Source: an uncultured Gammaproteobacteria bacterium (lineage in GTDB: Bacteria > Patescibacteriota > Microgenomatia > UBA12405). From it: a stretch of 64,000 nt of DNA. The notes under the pieces are model-generated. The model saw only the letters and a program-made list of their open reading frames with translations, did no database searches and was not told the DNA's origin. This document shows, piece after piece, positions 1 to 8,275 of the stretch; positions within the stretch are counted from its first letter, which is position 1; every line of letters starts with the position of its first letter. Location: the NCBI GenBank assembly GCA_964503465.1, contig CAZCYZ010000001.1, positions 195,731-259,730 of the forward strand, read 5' to 3'. The translations under genes were made by a program, and so were the position numbers.

Positions 1-713
1 TTCCTCGTGTTCAGGAACTTTTTGAGGTCAGAACTCCAAAATTACCTTCCCCATTAGCCGAAGTTGACGGTAAGATCAAAATCAAAGACTCTCTTGATGG
101 CTATGAAATCAAATTAGTAGGCAAAGATAAAACTAATCATTCGAAAACTATTACCTACCTTTTGCCACCCAATGTTACCTTGCTTGTTAATGACGGTGAT
201 CTTGTCGCTGCCGGTACCCAAATTGCTTCCGGATCTCTTGACGTTCGAGAGATTATGGACATCAAAGGTCTTGAGGCCGCCCAAAGATATCTAATCAACA
301 GTATTCAAGCAGTCTACGAATCTCAAGGTATTTCCATTCACGACAAACATCTCGAAGTTATCGTTCGGGAAATGAGTGATAAGGTCAAAATTGAGGATCC
401 TGGCGATACCAACTTCCTTTATGGACAAGTAGTTGCTCGACCGGTATATTCGGCCGAGAACGAGAAAGTCAAGTCCAAAGATGGTAAGTCAGCTAAGGGC
501 AAGAAAGTTCTTTTGGGTCTTATTCAGGCCTCGTTAACTACCAGTTCCTGGTTGTCGGCCGCCTCATTCCAACAGACCACTGGAGTTCTTACCGAAGCAT
601 CTCTGCTGGCCGAAGTCGATAACTTGATCGGACTTAAGGAAAATGTTATTATCGGACGTCTTATTCCAGTAGGGAAGAATCAAACTATTTCCGAGGTTGA
701 TAACTCCGACTAA
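1..713 (+). CDS. rpoC: DNA-directed RNA polymerase beta' subunit, C-terminal fragment (5'-truncated by window edge)
   Basis: In-frame translation from nt 3 ([15 protein letters not shown]...[10 protein letters not shown]) matches the conserved RpoC C-terminus; it is immediately followed by rpsL-rpsG as in the str operon. Confidence 0.85.
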   Translation, partial: PRVQELFEVRTPKLPSPLAEVDGKIKIKDSLDGYEIKLVGKDKTNHSKTITYLLPPNVTLLVNDGDLVAAGTQIASGSLDVREIMDIKGLEAAQRYLINSIQAVYESQGISIHDKHLEVIVREMSDKVKIEDPGDTNFLYGQVVARPVYSAENEKVKSKDGKSAKGKKVLLGLIQASLTTSSWLSAASFQQTTGVLTEASLLAEVDNLIGLKENVIIGRLIPVGKNQTISEVDNSD

Positions 714-720
714 ATTCTTT

Positions 721-1143
721 ATGCCAACATTTAATCAACTAATCCGCAAAGGCCGCATTCGTCGACAACTAAAGCTCAAAACAGCGGCTCTTCGTGATAA
801 TTTTAATAGCATCAAAAATCGCCGGATCAAAACTTTAAACCCTCAAAAGAAGGGTGTCGTCACTGTTGTCAAAACTATGACCCCCAAAAAGCCACACTCG
901 GCACTTCGTAAAGTTGCCAAAGTCAGGCTTAGTAATCGTGATTTGGTTACCGCTTATATCCCCGGTATTGGTCATAATCTGGCCGAACATGGTATAGTTT
1001 CCGTTCGAGGCGGTCGCGTCCGAGACTTGCCTGGTGTTCGTTATCATATTGTTCGAGGGAAGTTTGATGCCTCTGGAGTTGCTGGTCGGCTTCAGTCCCG
1101 CAGCAAATACGGCGCCAAACGCCCTGCCGCCTCCTCCACCTAA
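721..1143 (+). CDS. rpsL: 30S ribosomal protein S12
   Basis: [12 protein letters not shown]...[10 protein letters not shown] is the canonical S12 sequence; start taken at the ATG at 721 inside the longer ORF 697..1143. Confidence 0.95.
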   Translation: MPTFNQLIRKGRIRRQLKLKTAALRDNFNSIKNRRIKTLNPQKKGVVTVVKTMTPKKPHSALRKVAKVRLSNRDLVTAYIPGIGHNLAEHGIVSVRGGRVRDLPGVRYHIVRGKFDASGVAGRLQSRSKYGAKRPAASST

Positions 1144-1147
1144 ATAA

Positions 1148-1180
1148 AAATTTTAAATTATAAATTAGAAATTAATCAAA
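1148..1180. repeat. AT-rich repeat motif, copy immediately upstream of rpsG
   Basis: aaaattttaaattataaattagaaattaa; the 15-mer taaattagaaattaa also occurs at 11766 and 38587. Confidence 0.6.
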
Positions 1181-1666
1181 GTGTCACGCAAAGGACCAAG
1201 CAAAATTCGTCACCACCAGCCCGATCCGGTTTTTCAAAGTGCTCTAGTCACCCAACTTATCAATAAGGTTATGCTTCAGGGCAAAAAAGATGCCGCCCAA
1301 AAACAGGTTTATCAGACTCTCTCCCTTTTCAAAAAAGAGATTCCCAAAGATAGTGACCTTCTAACTACTCTTGAACAAGCCCTAGATAATATCAAGCCTC
1401 GAGTTGAGGTTCGGCCGCGAAGAATTGGCGGTGCGGTTTATCAGGTCCCTACTCCTGTTCGAGGACATCGTCAAACTTCTCTCGCCCTCCGATGGTTAAT
1501 TACTGCTTCTCGGGCCAAACCCAACAAACAGTTTCATACTTTTGCCGAAAAACTTAATTCCGAATTAGTTTTAGCTCTCAAAAACGAAGGATCTGCTATT
1601 TCCAAACGGCTCGAAGTCGAACGTATGGCCGAAGCCAACAAGGCTTTTGCGCATTTGAGATGGTAA
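1181..1666 (+). CDS. rpsG: 30S ribosomal protein S7 (GTG start)
   Basis: SRKGPSKIRHHQPDPVF...AFAHLRW is typical S7; GTG start. Confidence 0.95.
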   Translation: MSRKGPSKIRHHQPDPVFQSALVTQLINKVMLQGKKDAAQKQVYQTLSLFKKEIPKDSDLLTTLEQALDNIKPRVEVRPRRIGGAVYQVPTPVRGHRQTSLALRWLITASRAKPNKQFHTFAEKLNSELVLALKNEGSAISKRLEVERMAEANKAFAHLRW

Positions 1667-1672
1667 AGCCAA

Positions 1673-1716
1673 TCTTGCCGCAGTCCCGATCGTAGCATCG
1701 GGGCAAGGCTTTTGCG
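1673..1716 (+). terminator. Intrinsic terminator hairpin after rpsG
   Basis: cttgccgcagtcccgatcg-tagc-atcggggcaagg stem-loop followed by cttttg. Confidence 0.55.
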
Positions 1717-1749
1717 CATCTTCGTTGGTAATTGTGTTAACATTGTTTA

Positions 1750-3177
1750 ATGTCGTTTCTCTCCAAACGGACCTGTGTTGTTTGGCCGCACAAATCAACA
1801 GTTGACGTTTATCTTGACAATAAAGACACCAATCCAACCTCTTTTGAGCTTAACATTTGGCAATCTATATCTTCTGTCGATCTGGCCCCGTTGATTACTT
1901 TCTTTAAGGACAACCATGTTGCTTCAATATCAGTCTTGATTCCCGACGATGTTATTGTCACCAAGTCATTTGTCTATGATGCCAAAATCACCTCTGTCGA
2001 TACTGATGAAGTCGTCAAGCTGGCCGTTGGTACTACCAGCTTTGACATTACCGCCGAGTCAATTAATTTCAACCTAATCCCCCAGGGTGACAAGACTATC
2101 ATCCGCTCCGAATTCTCCGACCTACCAAAAATCACCAATCTCAAACAAAATATCGCCAATCTCGGTGTTAAGGTAGATATCTTTCAAACAGTATCAACTT
2201 CTGTGGCCAAAGCCATATCCACTTTTTATCAACAGGAATATTTCCTCCTTTACACCCTCAATCTCAACGAATCGTTTTTAATACTTTCGTCAGGCGAATC
2301 GGTCTATCTTACTAATTGTCTAAAAAAGTCAGCTCTTAATATTCAAAAACTTATCAACTACTCCAAACTGTATTTCAATCACACCGTCGAAAAAATATTC
2401 TTGCCCGCCAACAACCCTCCCGAGGTCAGTTCCACCTCAAAGCTTGATAAGACTTTTTATGATCCTGTCCAAATTGCCAACTCACTTCACCTTCCCAGCA
2501 CTCTCCCTTTACCAGTTTTGGGCTTGCTACTTGCTCCAAAAACTAGTAACATTACTATTAGTAAACCTATGACTGATAATCTCCCTCCTCCCACCATTAC
2601 CCCCCAAAACGACAGTCCCAAGAATATTCTTCCCATTATCGCCGTTTTCATTATTACTGCTGCCGTTGCTTCCATCGCCATTTGGTTTGTTCTTAATCGT
2701 AATCAACCAGATGGTTTGACCACTCCTTCGGGTCAGCAGGAACCAACCCCGATAATAACCGAGGCACCCACTGTTGCTCCCACTCCTACCTCTCCGCCGA
2801 TTGATAAAAAACTTAAGCTCCAAGTTCTCAATGCTACCGACATCAATGGCCAAGCCGCCACCCTTAAGGCTATTTTAATCGAACTCGGTTTCGAAAATGT
2901 TACTGTTGGTAATAGTAAAGAAAAAGTTACCGGTAACGAAATTCGTTTCAAACCCTCACTTTTGGCCGTCGAAACCTATTTCCAACCTCAACTTGTCACT
3001 CGTTTTCCAGCCAAGTACTCCTCAGCACTTAAAGAAACTTCCACCTACGATGTTGTTTTTGTCATTGGTAGTGATCTTTCCAAACCTACTGCTGCCACTA
3101 GTACTTCACCTACCGAATCAACTTCTACTCCGACCATTAAAACCTCTCCTTCTCCCTCTCCTACTCTCGCTCCATAG
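1750..3177 (+). CDS. Membrane protein with C-terminal LytR_C (cell-envelope) domain, Pro/Thr-rich linker and one TM helix; N-terminal cytoplasmic domain of unknown function
   Basis: TM segment ILPIIAVFIITAAVASIAIWFVL; C-terminal LKLQVLNATDINGQAATLKAILIELGFENVTVGN resembles the LytR_C domain; PT/ST-rich low-complexity stretches. Confidence 0.55.
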   Translation: MSFLSKRTCVVWPHKSTVDVYLDNKDTNPTSFELNIWQSISSVDLAPLITFFKDNHVASISVLIPDDVIVTKSFVYDAKITSVDTDEVVKLAVGTTSFDITAESINFNLIPQGDKTIIRSEFSDLPKITNLKQNIANLGVKVDIFQTVSTSVAKAISTFYQQEYFLLYTLNLNESFLILSSGESVYLTNCLKKSALNIQKLINYSKLYFNHTVEKIFLPANNPPEVSSTSKLDKTFYDPVQIANSLHLPSTLPLPVLGLLLAPKTSNITISKPMTDNLPPPTITPQNDSPKNILPIIAVFIITAAVASIAIWFVLNRNQPDGLTTPSGQQEPTPIITEAPTVAPTPTSPPIDKKLKLQVLNATDINGQAATLKAILIELGFENVTVGNSKEKVTGNEIRFKPSLLAVETYFQPQLVTRFPAKYSSALKETSTYDVVFVIGSDLSKPTAATSTSPTESTSTPTIKTSPSPSPTLAP

Positions 3178-3182
3178 TTTCC

Positions 3183-3890
3183 ATGAAAGGTATTATCCTA
3201 GCAGGAGGTAAAGCTACCCGTCTTCGCCCATTGACTTGGGTTATCAGTAAACAACTCCTTCCGGTTTACAATCAGCCGATGATTTACTATCCAATTCAAA
3301 CCCTGATTCGGGCCGGTATCACCGATATTCTTCTTATCATCGCCCCCGAAAATTCGGGCATGTTTCTTAATCTTTTAGGAACTGGTGAAGATTTTGGAGC
3401 TCATTTTAGTTATGCCGTTCAAAAAGAACCCCGTGGTTTAGCCGACGCTTTTATTATTGGAGCCGATTTTATTGACCACGATAATGTTACTATGATTTTG
3501 GGTGATAATATTTTCGATCCAAGTTTTATCGCCGACGTCAGAAAGTTCCATGGAGGAGCCCAAATTTATGCCAAAAAAGTACCCGATCCTCAACGTTATG
3601 GTGTCGTTGAGTTTGATCATAACCTAAAAGCAATTTCAATCGAAGAAAAACCTCAAAAACCAAAAAGTGACTATGCTGTTGTTGGTCTTTATACCTACGA
3701 CTCACGGGTTATTAATTATGCCAAAAACCTCCGCCCCTCAACTCGAAACGAAATCGAGATTACCGACCTAAACAACCTCTATCTTCAAAATAACGAGCTA
3801 CATGTTTCCATCATCGACAGTTATTGGCAAGACGCTGGTACTTTTGATAGTTTGCTTGAGGCTGGTAATTACATGTCTTCAATCAGATGA
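3183..3890 (+). CDS. rfbA: Glucose-1-phosphate thymidylyltransferase (short form)
   Basis: MKGIILAGGKATRLRPLT...QLLPVYNQPMIYYPI nucleotidyltransferase signature; first of a contiguous rfbABCD block. Confidence 0.85.
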   Translation: MKGIILAGGKATRLRPLTWVISKQLLPVYNQPMIYYPIQTLIRAGITDILLIIAPENSGMFLNLLGTGEDFGAHFSYAVQKEPRGLADAFIIGADFIDHDNVTMILGDNIFDPSFIADVRKFHGGAQIYAKKVPDPQRYGVVEFDHNLKAISIEEKPQKPKSDYAVVGLYTYDSRVINYAKNLRPSTRNEIEITDLNNLYLQNNELHVSIIDSYWQDAGTFDSLLEAGNYMSSIR

Positions 3891-4906
3891 AACTTCTAAT
3901 CACCGGGGGCCTTGGTTTTATTGGTAGCAATTTCATTCGTTATTGGCTCAAACATCATTCTGCCGACCAGGTTACAAACTTAGATTGCATCACCTATGCC
4001 GCCAATCCACATAGTCTCTTAGATCTTGAAGCCAACCCCAATTACAAATTCATTAAAGGTAATATTCTTGATCCCGAACTTTTGGACCGGATCATTCCAG
4101 GCACGGATTTGATTGTCCACTTTGCCGCTGAGTCTCATGTTGATCGTTCTATCGATGATCCATTTCTGTTTGTCAAAACCAATGTTTTAGGTACCTACAC
4201 CCTCCTTTCTGCCGCCAAAGAATACGGTAACATCCGTTTTCACCACATTTCCACTGACGAAGTTTTTGGCTCCATTATTCCCGGCATAGTCGACATTTTT
4301 AGTGAAAACACCCCCTACAATCCATCCTCTCCCTACTCTGCTTCCAAGGCCTCATCCGATCACTTTGTCAGGTCGTTTGGCAAAACGTTCTCCCTACCGA
4401 TTACCATTAGTAACTGCTCCAATAATTACGGTCCCTATCAACACCCCGAAAAAATGATTCCCAGAATGATTACCAATCTTATTGATGATAAAAAAATTCC
4501 GGTTTATGGTCGGGGTGATAACTATCGTGACTGGTTGTATGTTGACGATCACTGTTCGGCCATTGAAGCCATCATCGATCGAGGAACAGTCGGTCAAACA
4601 TATTGTATCGGTGGTCTTAAGGAAACCACTCGTAATATTGATCTCGTTAAGCAAACAATCAAACTTATGGGTAAAAGTGAAGACCAAATTGAATTCGTCC
4701 CTGATCGCCCAGCCCACGACAATTATGCCGTTGACTGGACCAAAATCCATCACGAGCTGGGTTGGCAGCCGCAAGAAACATTAACCACCGGCTTGCAGAA
4801 AACTATCGATTGGTATCTTTCCCATCAATCTTGGTGGCGAACTGCCAAAATCGAAGCCGAAAGTTTCTATAAAAAACTTAATAATTATCAAACTATTAAC
4901 CGATGA
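3887..4906 (+). CDS. rfbB: dTDP-glucose 4,6-dehydratase
   Basis: MKLLITGGLGFIGSNF... YxxxK SDR motif (PYSASKAS); 4-nt overlap with rfbA. Confidence 0.9.
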   Translation: MKLLITGGLGFIGSNFIRYWLKHHSADQVTNLDCITYAANPHSLLDLEANPNYKFIKGNILDPELLDRIIPGTDLIVHFAAESHVDRSIDDPFLFVKTNVLGTYTLLSAAKEYGNIRFHHISTDEVFGSIIPGIVDIFSENTPYNPSSPYSASKASSDHFVRSFGKTFSLPITISNCSNNYGPYQHPEKMIPRMITNLIDDKKIPVYGRGDNYRDWLYVDDHCSAIEAIIDRGTVGQTYCIGGLKETTRNIDLVKQTIKLMGKSEDQIEFVPDRPAHDNYAVDWTKIHHELGWQPQETLTTGLQKTIDWYLSHQSWWRTAKIEAESFYKKLNNYQTINR

Positions 4907-5460
4907 AATTTATCGAATCATCTCAAATCTCCGACCTTTTTTTAATCAAACCAGAAACTTTTGGTGATAATCGGGGTAATTTCTTTGAGTCATATAGCCA
5001 AAGACTTTTCCACGATGCCGGTATCAAGGCTGATTTTGTTCAAGACAATCAATCTTTTTCTTCCCAGCAAGGAACTCTGCGTGGACTTCATTTCCAAAAA
5101 GGCGAATTTGCCCAAGCCAAATTGGTTCGAGTGGTACAGGGTGCGATTTTTGACGTTGCTGTCGATCTTAGGCCGGAATCCTCCTCCTTTGGCCAGTGGG
5201 AGGGTTATGAACTTTCCGGCGAAACCAACAATATGTTGTTTATTCCTCGTGGTTTTGCTCATGGTTTTATTACTCTTACCCCAAACGTTTTCTTTATCTA
5301 CAAATGTGACAATTATTACCACAAGATCTCCGAAGGTGGAATTATTTGGAATGATCAAACTTTAGGAGTAAAATGGCCACTTACAATCGAACCGATATTG
5401 TCAAAGAAAGATAAATTACTTGCCACCTTCAAAGAATACAAATTAAATCCAGCATTCTAA
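4903..5460 (+). CDS. rfbC: dTDP-4-dehydrorhamnose 3,5-epimerase
   Basis: FGDNRGNFFESY...GTLRGLHFQ cupin epimerase motifs. Confidence 0.9.
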   Translation: MKFIESSQISDLFLIKPETFGDNRGNFFESYSQRLFHDAGIKADFVQDNQSFSSQQGTLRGLHFQKGEFAQAKLVRVVQGAIFDVAVDLRPESSSFGQWEGYELSGETNNMLFIPRGFAHGFITLTPNVFFIYKCDNYYHKISEGGIIWNDQTLGVKWPLTIEPILSKKDKLLATFKEYKLNPAF

Positions 5461-6335
5461 TGTCAATTCTTGGCACTGGTCTTTCGGGACTTGTTGGTTC
5501 ACGAATAGTTGAGCTAAATCCTCAATACGAATTTATCGACATTTCCCTCGAATCAGGCTTTGATATATTAAATCCGGGATCTTTAAATAAGGTTTTTCAA
5601 AATTTTACCGGTGACACTGTCATTCATCTGGCCGCTTTTACCGACACCAACTCTGCTTGGGAACAACGTGGTGACCACAACGGTCTTTGTTACCAACTTA
5701 ACGTTGTTGGTACCCAGAACATCCTGGATCTCTGTCAAAAATACAAAAAATACTTGATTTATTTTTCGACAGATTTTGTTTTTGATGGAACCAAAAAGGG
5801 AAGTTATCTTGAAACCGATACTCCCAACCCCATTGAGTGGTATGGCCACACCAAATGTCTTGCCGAAAAACTAATTCAACAATCAGGCCACCCTGCCACC
5901 ATTATCCGTATTGCCTATCCCTATCGTAGCCACTTTGATGCCAAGTCTGACATTGTTCGCAAAATTATCACCAAGTTCCAAAATGGTGAGAATTTGAAAA
6001 TGTTTACCGATCAAACTACCACTCCCACCTTTATCGATGACATTGCGCTCGGTTTACAGCATTTCTTTACTCACCAGCCAGTCGGTATTTATCATTTAGT
6101 CGGCTCCTCATCACAATCACCCTATGATCTTGCCGTTCTCATTGCCGATATTTTTCACCTAAACAAAAATCAACTTCAGCCGAGTTCACTTCGTGATTAT
6201 TTGGTTGCAAATCCTCCCCCCGCTCGGCCGTGGCAAATAAATCTTAGCCTTTCGAATCACAAAGTTTATACTTTGGGGATAAAAACGCGAACTATCACTG
6301 ATGGCTTAATGGAACTCAAAAAACAGTTGGGTTGA
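5460..6335 (+). CDS. rfbD: dTDP-4-dehydrorhamnose reductase
   Basis: MSILGTGLSGLVGSRI... RmlD-like SDR; completes the dTDP-L-rhamnose pathway. Confidence 0.85.
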   Translation: MSILGTGLSGLVGSRIVELNPQYEFIDISLESGFDILNPGSLNKVFQNFTGDTVIHLAAFTDTNSAWEQRGDHNGLCYQLNVVGTQNILDLCQKYKKYLIYFSTDFVFDGTKKGSYLETDTPNPIEWYGHTKCLAEKLIQQSGHPATIIRIAYPYRSHFDAKSDIVRKIITKFQNGENLKMFTDQTTTPTFIDDIALGLQHFFTHQPVGIYHLVGSSSQSPYDLAVLIADIFHLNKNQLQPSSLRDYLVANPPPARPWQINLSLSNHKVYTLGIKTRTITDGLMELKKQLG

Positions 6336-6840
6336 CATTTTTTCTCTTTTCTAGCCTCACGATCTCATCCATCGACATGGTCTTAAACTTTACATTAGCC
6401 CGGTCTGGGAAATATATAGCAACTTCTGGACCAATTTCTCTATCAATTCCGTTAATATTCCATTCTAAATCGGGATACCTACCAACAAAACTATGTAAAT
6501 CCATATTTATAACGAATTCAGCGTGTTCAAGTCCTTCGGAGAACTTGTCACCTTCAGCTGGGGCTAAAACTTCAAAGTACTTTATTTCACTACTCTGATA
6601 CTTTAATGGTCGATCCAGCAAATAAATATCCACCGGCCGGTTGCGGATGATATTGTGAGAAATCCGTTTACCATATCCACCCAAAAGCCTACTTATTGAG
6701 TCGTAAGATTTATTCGAGATCGCCCTATAAGCAATATGGTCAAACTTGCATCCTTTAATCTCAATTCCCACACTATCAATATTCTTAAAAACTCTGGCCA
6801 AAAAATTCGTATAATCACCAATTATTTCCTCAACCCTCAT
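6316..6840 (-). CDS. Hypothetical protein, possibly VOC/glyoxalase-like fold
   Basis: 174-aa ORF with FDHIAYR motif; no confident family assignment. Confidence 0.4.
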   Translation of the reverse strand: MRVEEIIGDYTNFLARVFKNIDSVGIEIKGCKFDHIAYRAISNKSYDSISRLLGGYGKRISHNIIRNRPVDIYLLDRPLKYQSSEIKYFEVLAPAEGDKFSEGLEHAEFVINMDLHSFVGRYPDLEWNINGIDREIGPEVAIYFPDRANVKFKTMSMDEIVRLEKRKNVNPTVF

Positions 6841-7969
6841 TGTTAATTATATCAGCCACTATCTCTCCCTCCCTAACCGCAAAGTTCATTCCTCTGTCCT
6901 CAGGATATATTCGAGCAAAGTTCACCTGATAAGTTTTTTTATTAAGCTTCATTTCTGGTACCTTATATCCAGTACTTACTACATGTTGGGCATACTTAAA
7001 GCTAAAAATGGACTTCTGTTCAACTTTCTCAATACCAAAACTTGGAAAAATCTTTTTAAGATAATCAAACCACTCCTTCTCGTCTACTTTTGTTTTTCCA
7101 TATGCCCCCAGATAATAAACATTGTCTCCGCCATAATTTTCCTTGTCTATAAAATTAGTGTGCTGAATAAAGGCCAAAAAAGGGGATTGGGTATCGTTTA
7201 TATTGTGCCAATAATACTTTGACAGGTTCTGTTTACTGGTAAAAACCAGACACACTGCTGGCAGGTAGTCTATTCTCTTAATTGGAGCGCTGGTTATTAT
7301 CTTGTCAAAGTTTTTTTCCTCTTTAAGCTCTGTCCCCAACTTTATTGCTCCACCGTTCGCTTTAATTCTTTTTGCCAGTTCATCGGTTACCTGTTGGAAT
7401 CCTCCCATTAAGTAACCCAAACCCCCGCTTCCTCTAGTATGAATCCTGGCCCACATCCAGGCCATAGAGACATCTCTGTATCTATCATTAAATTTGCCCC
7501 GTAACAGTGGTTCCCATACCACCTTGTAAGCTCTTCTCCCGCACCACTTTTCCATCCACTCTGCCGCTGTTACTTTTTCAAATTTCTTCCAATTGCGCTC
7601 TTTTTCCAGATAAATTTTTACTAGCCCTAACCTTAACTTGTCCATTAGCCCCAGTGGTTTAAATCGGAACAAGTCCACTGCCCCAGCAAACGGATAAACC
7701 TGACTATCATAATAAATTGCCGTCACATCTTTTCGCCAAACTAATTTGTCAATCAGCCCCAATTCTTTTACCAGAGCTATATAGTCTTTGTCTTTTCTAA
7801 AAATATGATGATATGTTTTTTCTAGATTTGTTCCATTTATTTCAAATCCTCCTGCCAGTCCCCCTAGTTCTTTTTCCTTTTCAAAAACCGTTATCTTGTG
7901 TCCCTCTTGGCTCAACCTATACCCAGCTACTAATCCCGTTAGCCCCCCTCCCACAATTGCTATTTTCAT
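6830..7969 (-). CDS. NAD(P)/FAD-dependent oxidoreductase (amine-oxidase / protoporphyrinogen-oxidase-like Rossmann N-terminus)
   Basis: MKIAIVGGGLTGLVAGYRL...VFEKEKELGG dinucleotide-binding motif; 379 aa. Confidence 0.65.
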   Translation of the reverse strand: MKIAIVGGGLTGLVAGYRLSQEGHKITVFEKEKELGGLAGGFEINGTNLEKTYHHIFRKDKDYIALVKELGLIDKLVWRKDVTAIYYDSQVYPFAGAVDLFRFKPLGLMDKLRLGLVKIYLEKERNWKKFEKVTAAEWMEKWCGRRAYKVVWEPLLRGKFNDRYRDVSMAWMWARIHTRGSGGLGYLMGGFQQVTDELAKRIKANGGAIKLGTELKEEKNFDKIITSAPIKRIDYLPAVCLVFTSKQNLSKYYWHNINDTQSPFLAFIQHTNFIDKENYGGDNVYYLGAYGKTKVDEKEWFDYLKKIFPSFGIEKVEQKSIFSFKYAQHVVSTGYKVPEMKLNKKTYQVNFARIYPEDRGMNFAVREGEIVADIINNEG

Positions 7970-8008
7970 AATTGGATCAATTCTACCAAAGTTGTGCTAT
8001 AAATCACC

Positions 8009-8206
8009 ATGAACCGTCCAGACTGGATAAGAGGAATGTCAGACCAGCAGCTTAGGCAATTTGTTAACAACTCTGGTCAGTTGCTTAATCTTTACGAGCA
8101 TCAGCGGAAACCCGATGCCGCTACCATAGTTCGTCACCATATGGCCATGGCCTGGGAAGAACAATTATCTCGCCGAAAGCCTTCCCCATTTTCCAACCAT
8201 TCTTAG
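8009..8206 (+). CDS. Small hypothetical protein (65 aa)
   Basis: ORF followed by the hairpin ccccgcagccgcgggg + T-run at 8232-8256; no homology recognised. Confidence 0.3.
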   Translation: MNRPDWIRGMSDQQLRQFVNNSGQLLNLYEHQRKPDAATIVRHHMAMAWEEQLSRRKPSPFSNHS

Positions 8207-8275
8207 TGTGTTATCATCATTCACCCGACCCCGCAGCCGCGGGGCCACAGTTTTTATTTTGTATACTAACTAACT

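Noticed and set aside
835-1047. Many short antisense or alternative-frame ORFs in the track (for example 835-1047 minus, 8427-8612, 9059-9340, 10624-10869, 15136-15402, 57666-58265)
   Set aside because: Each is nested inside a strongly supported conserved gene (rpsL, fusA, tuf, rpsC, the PT-repeat protein and so on). They show no independent signals and are typical shadow ORFs.
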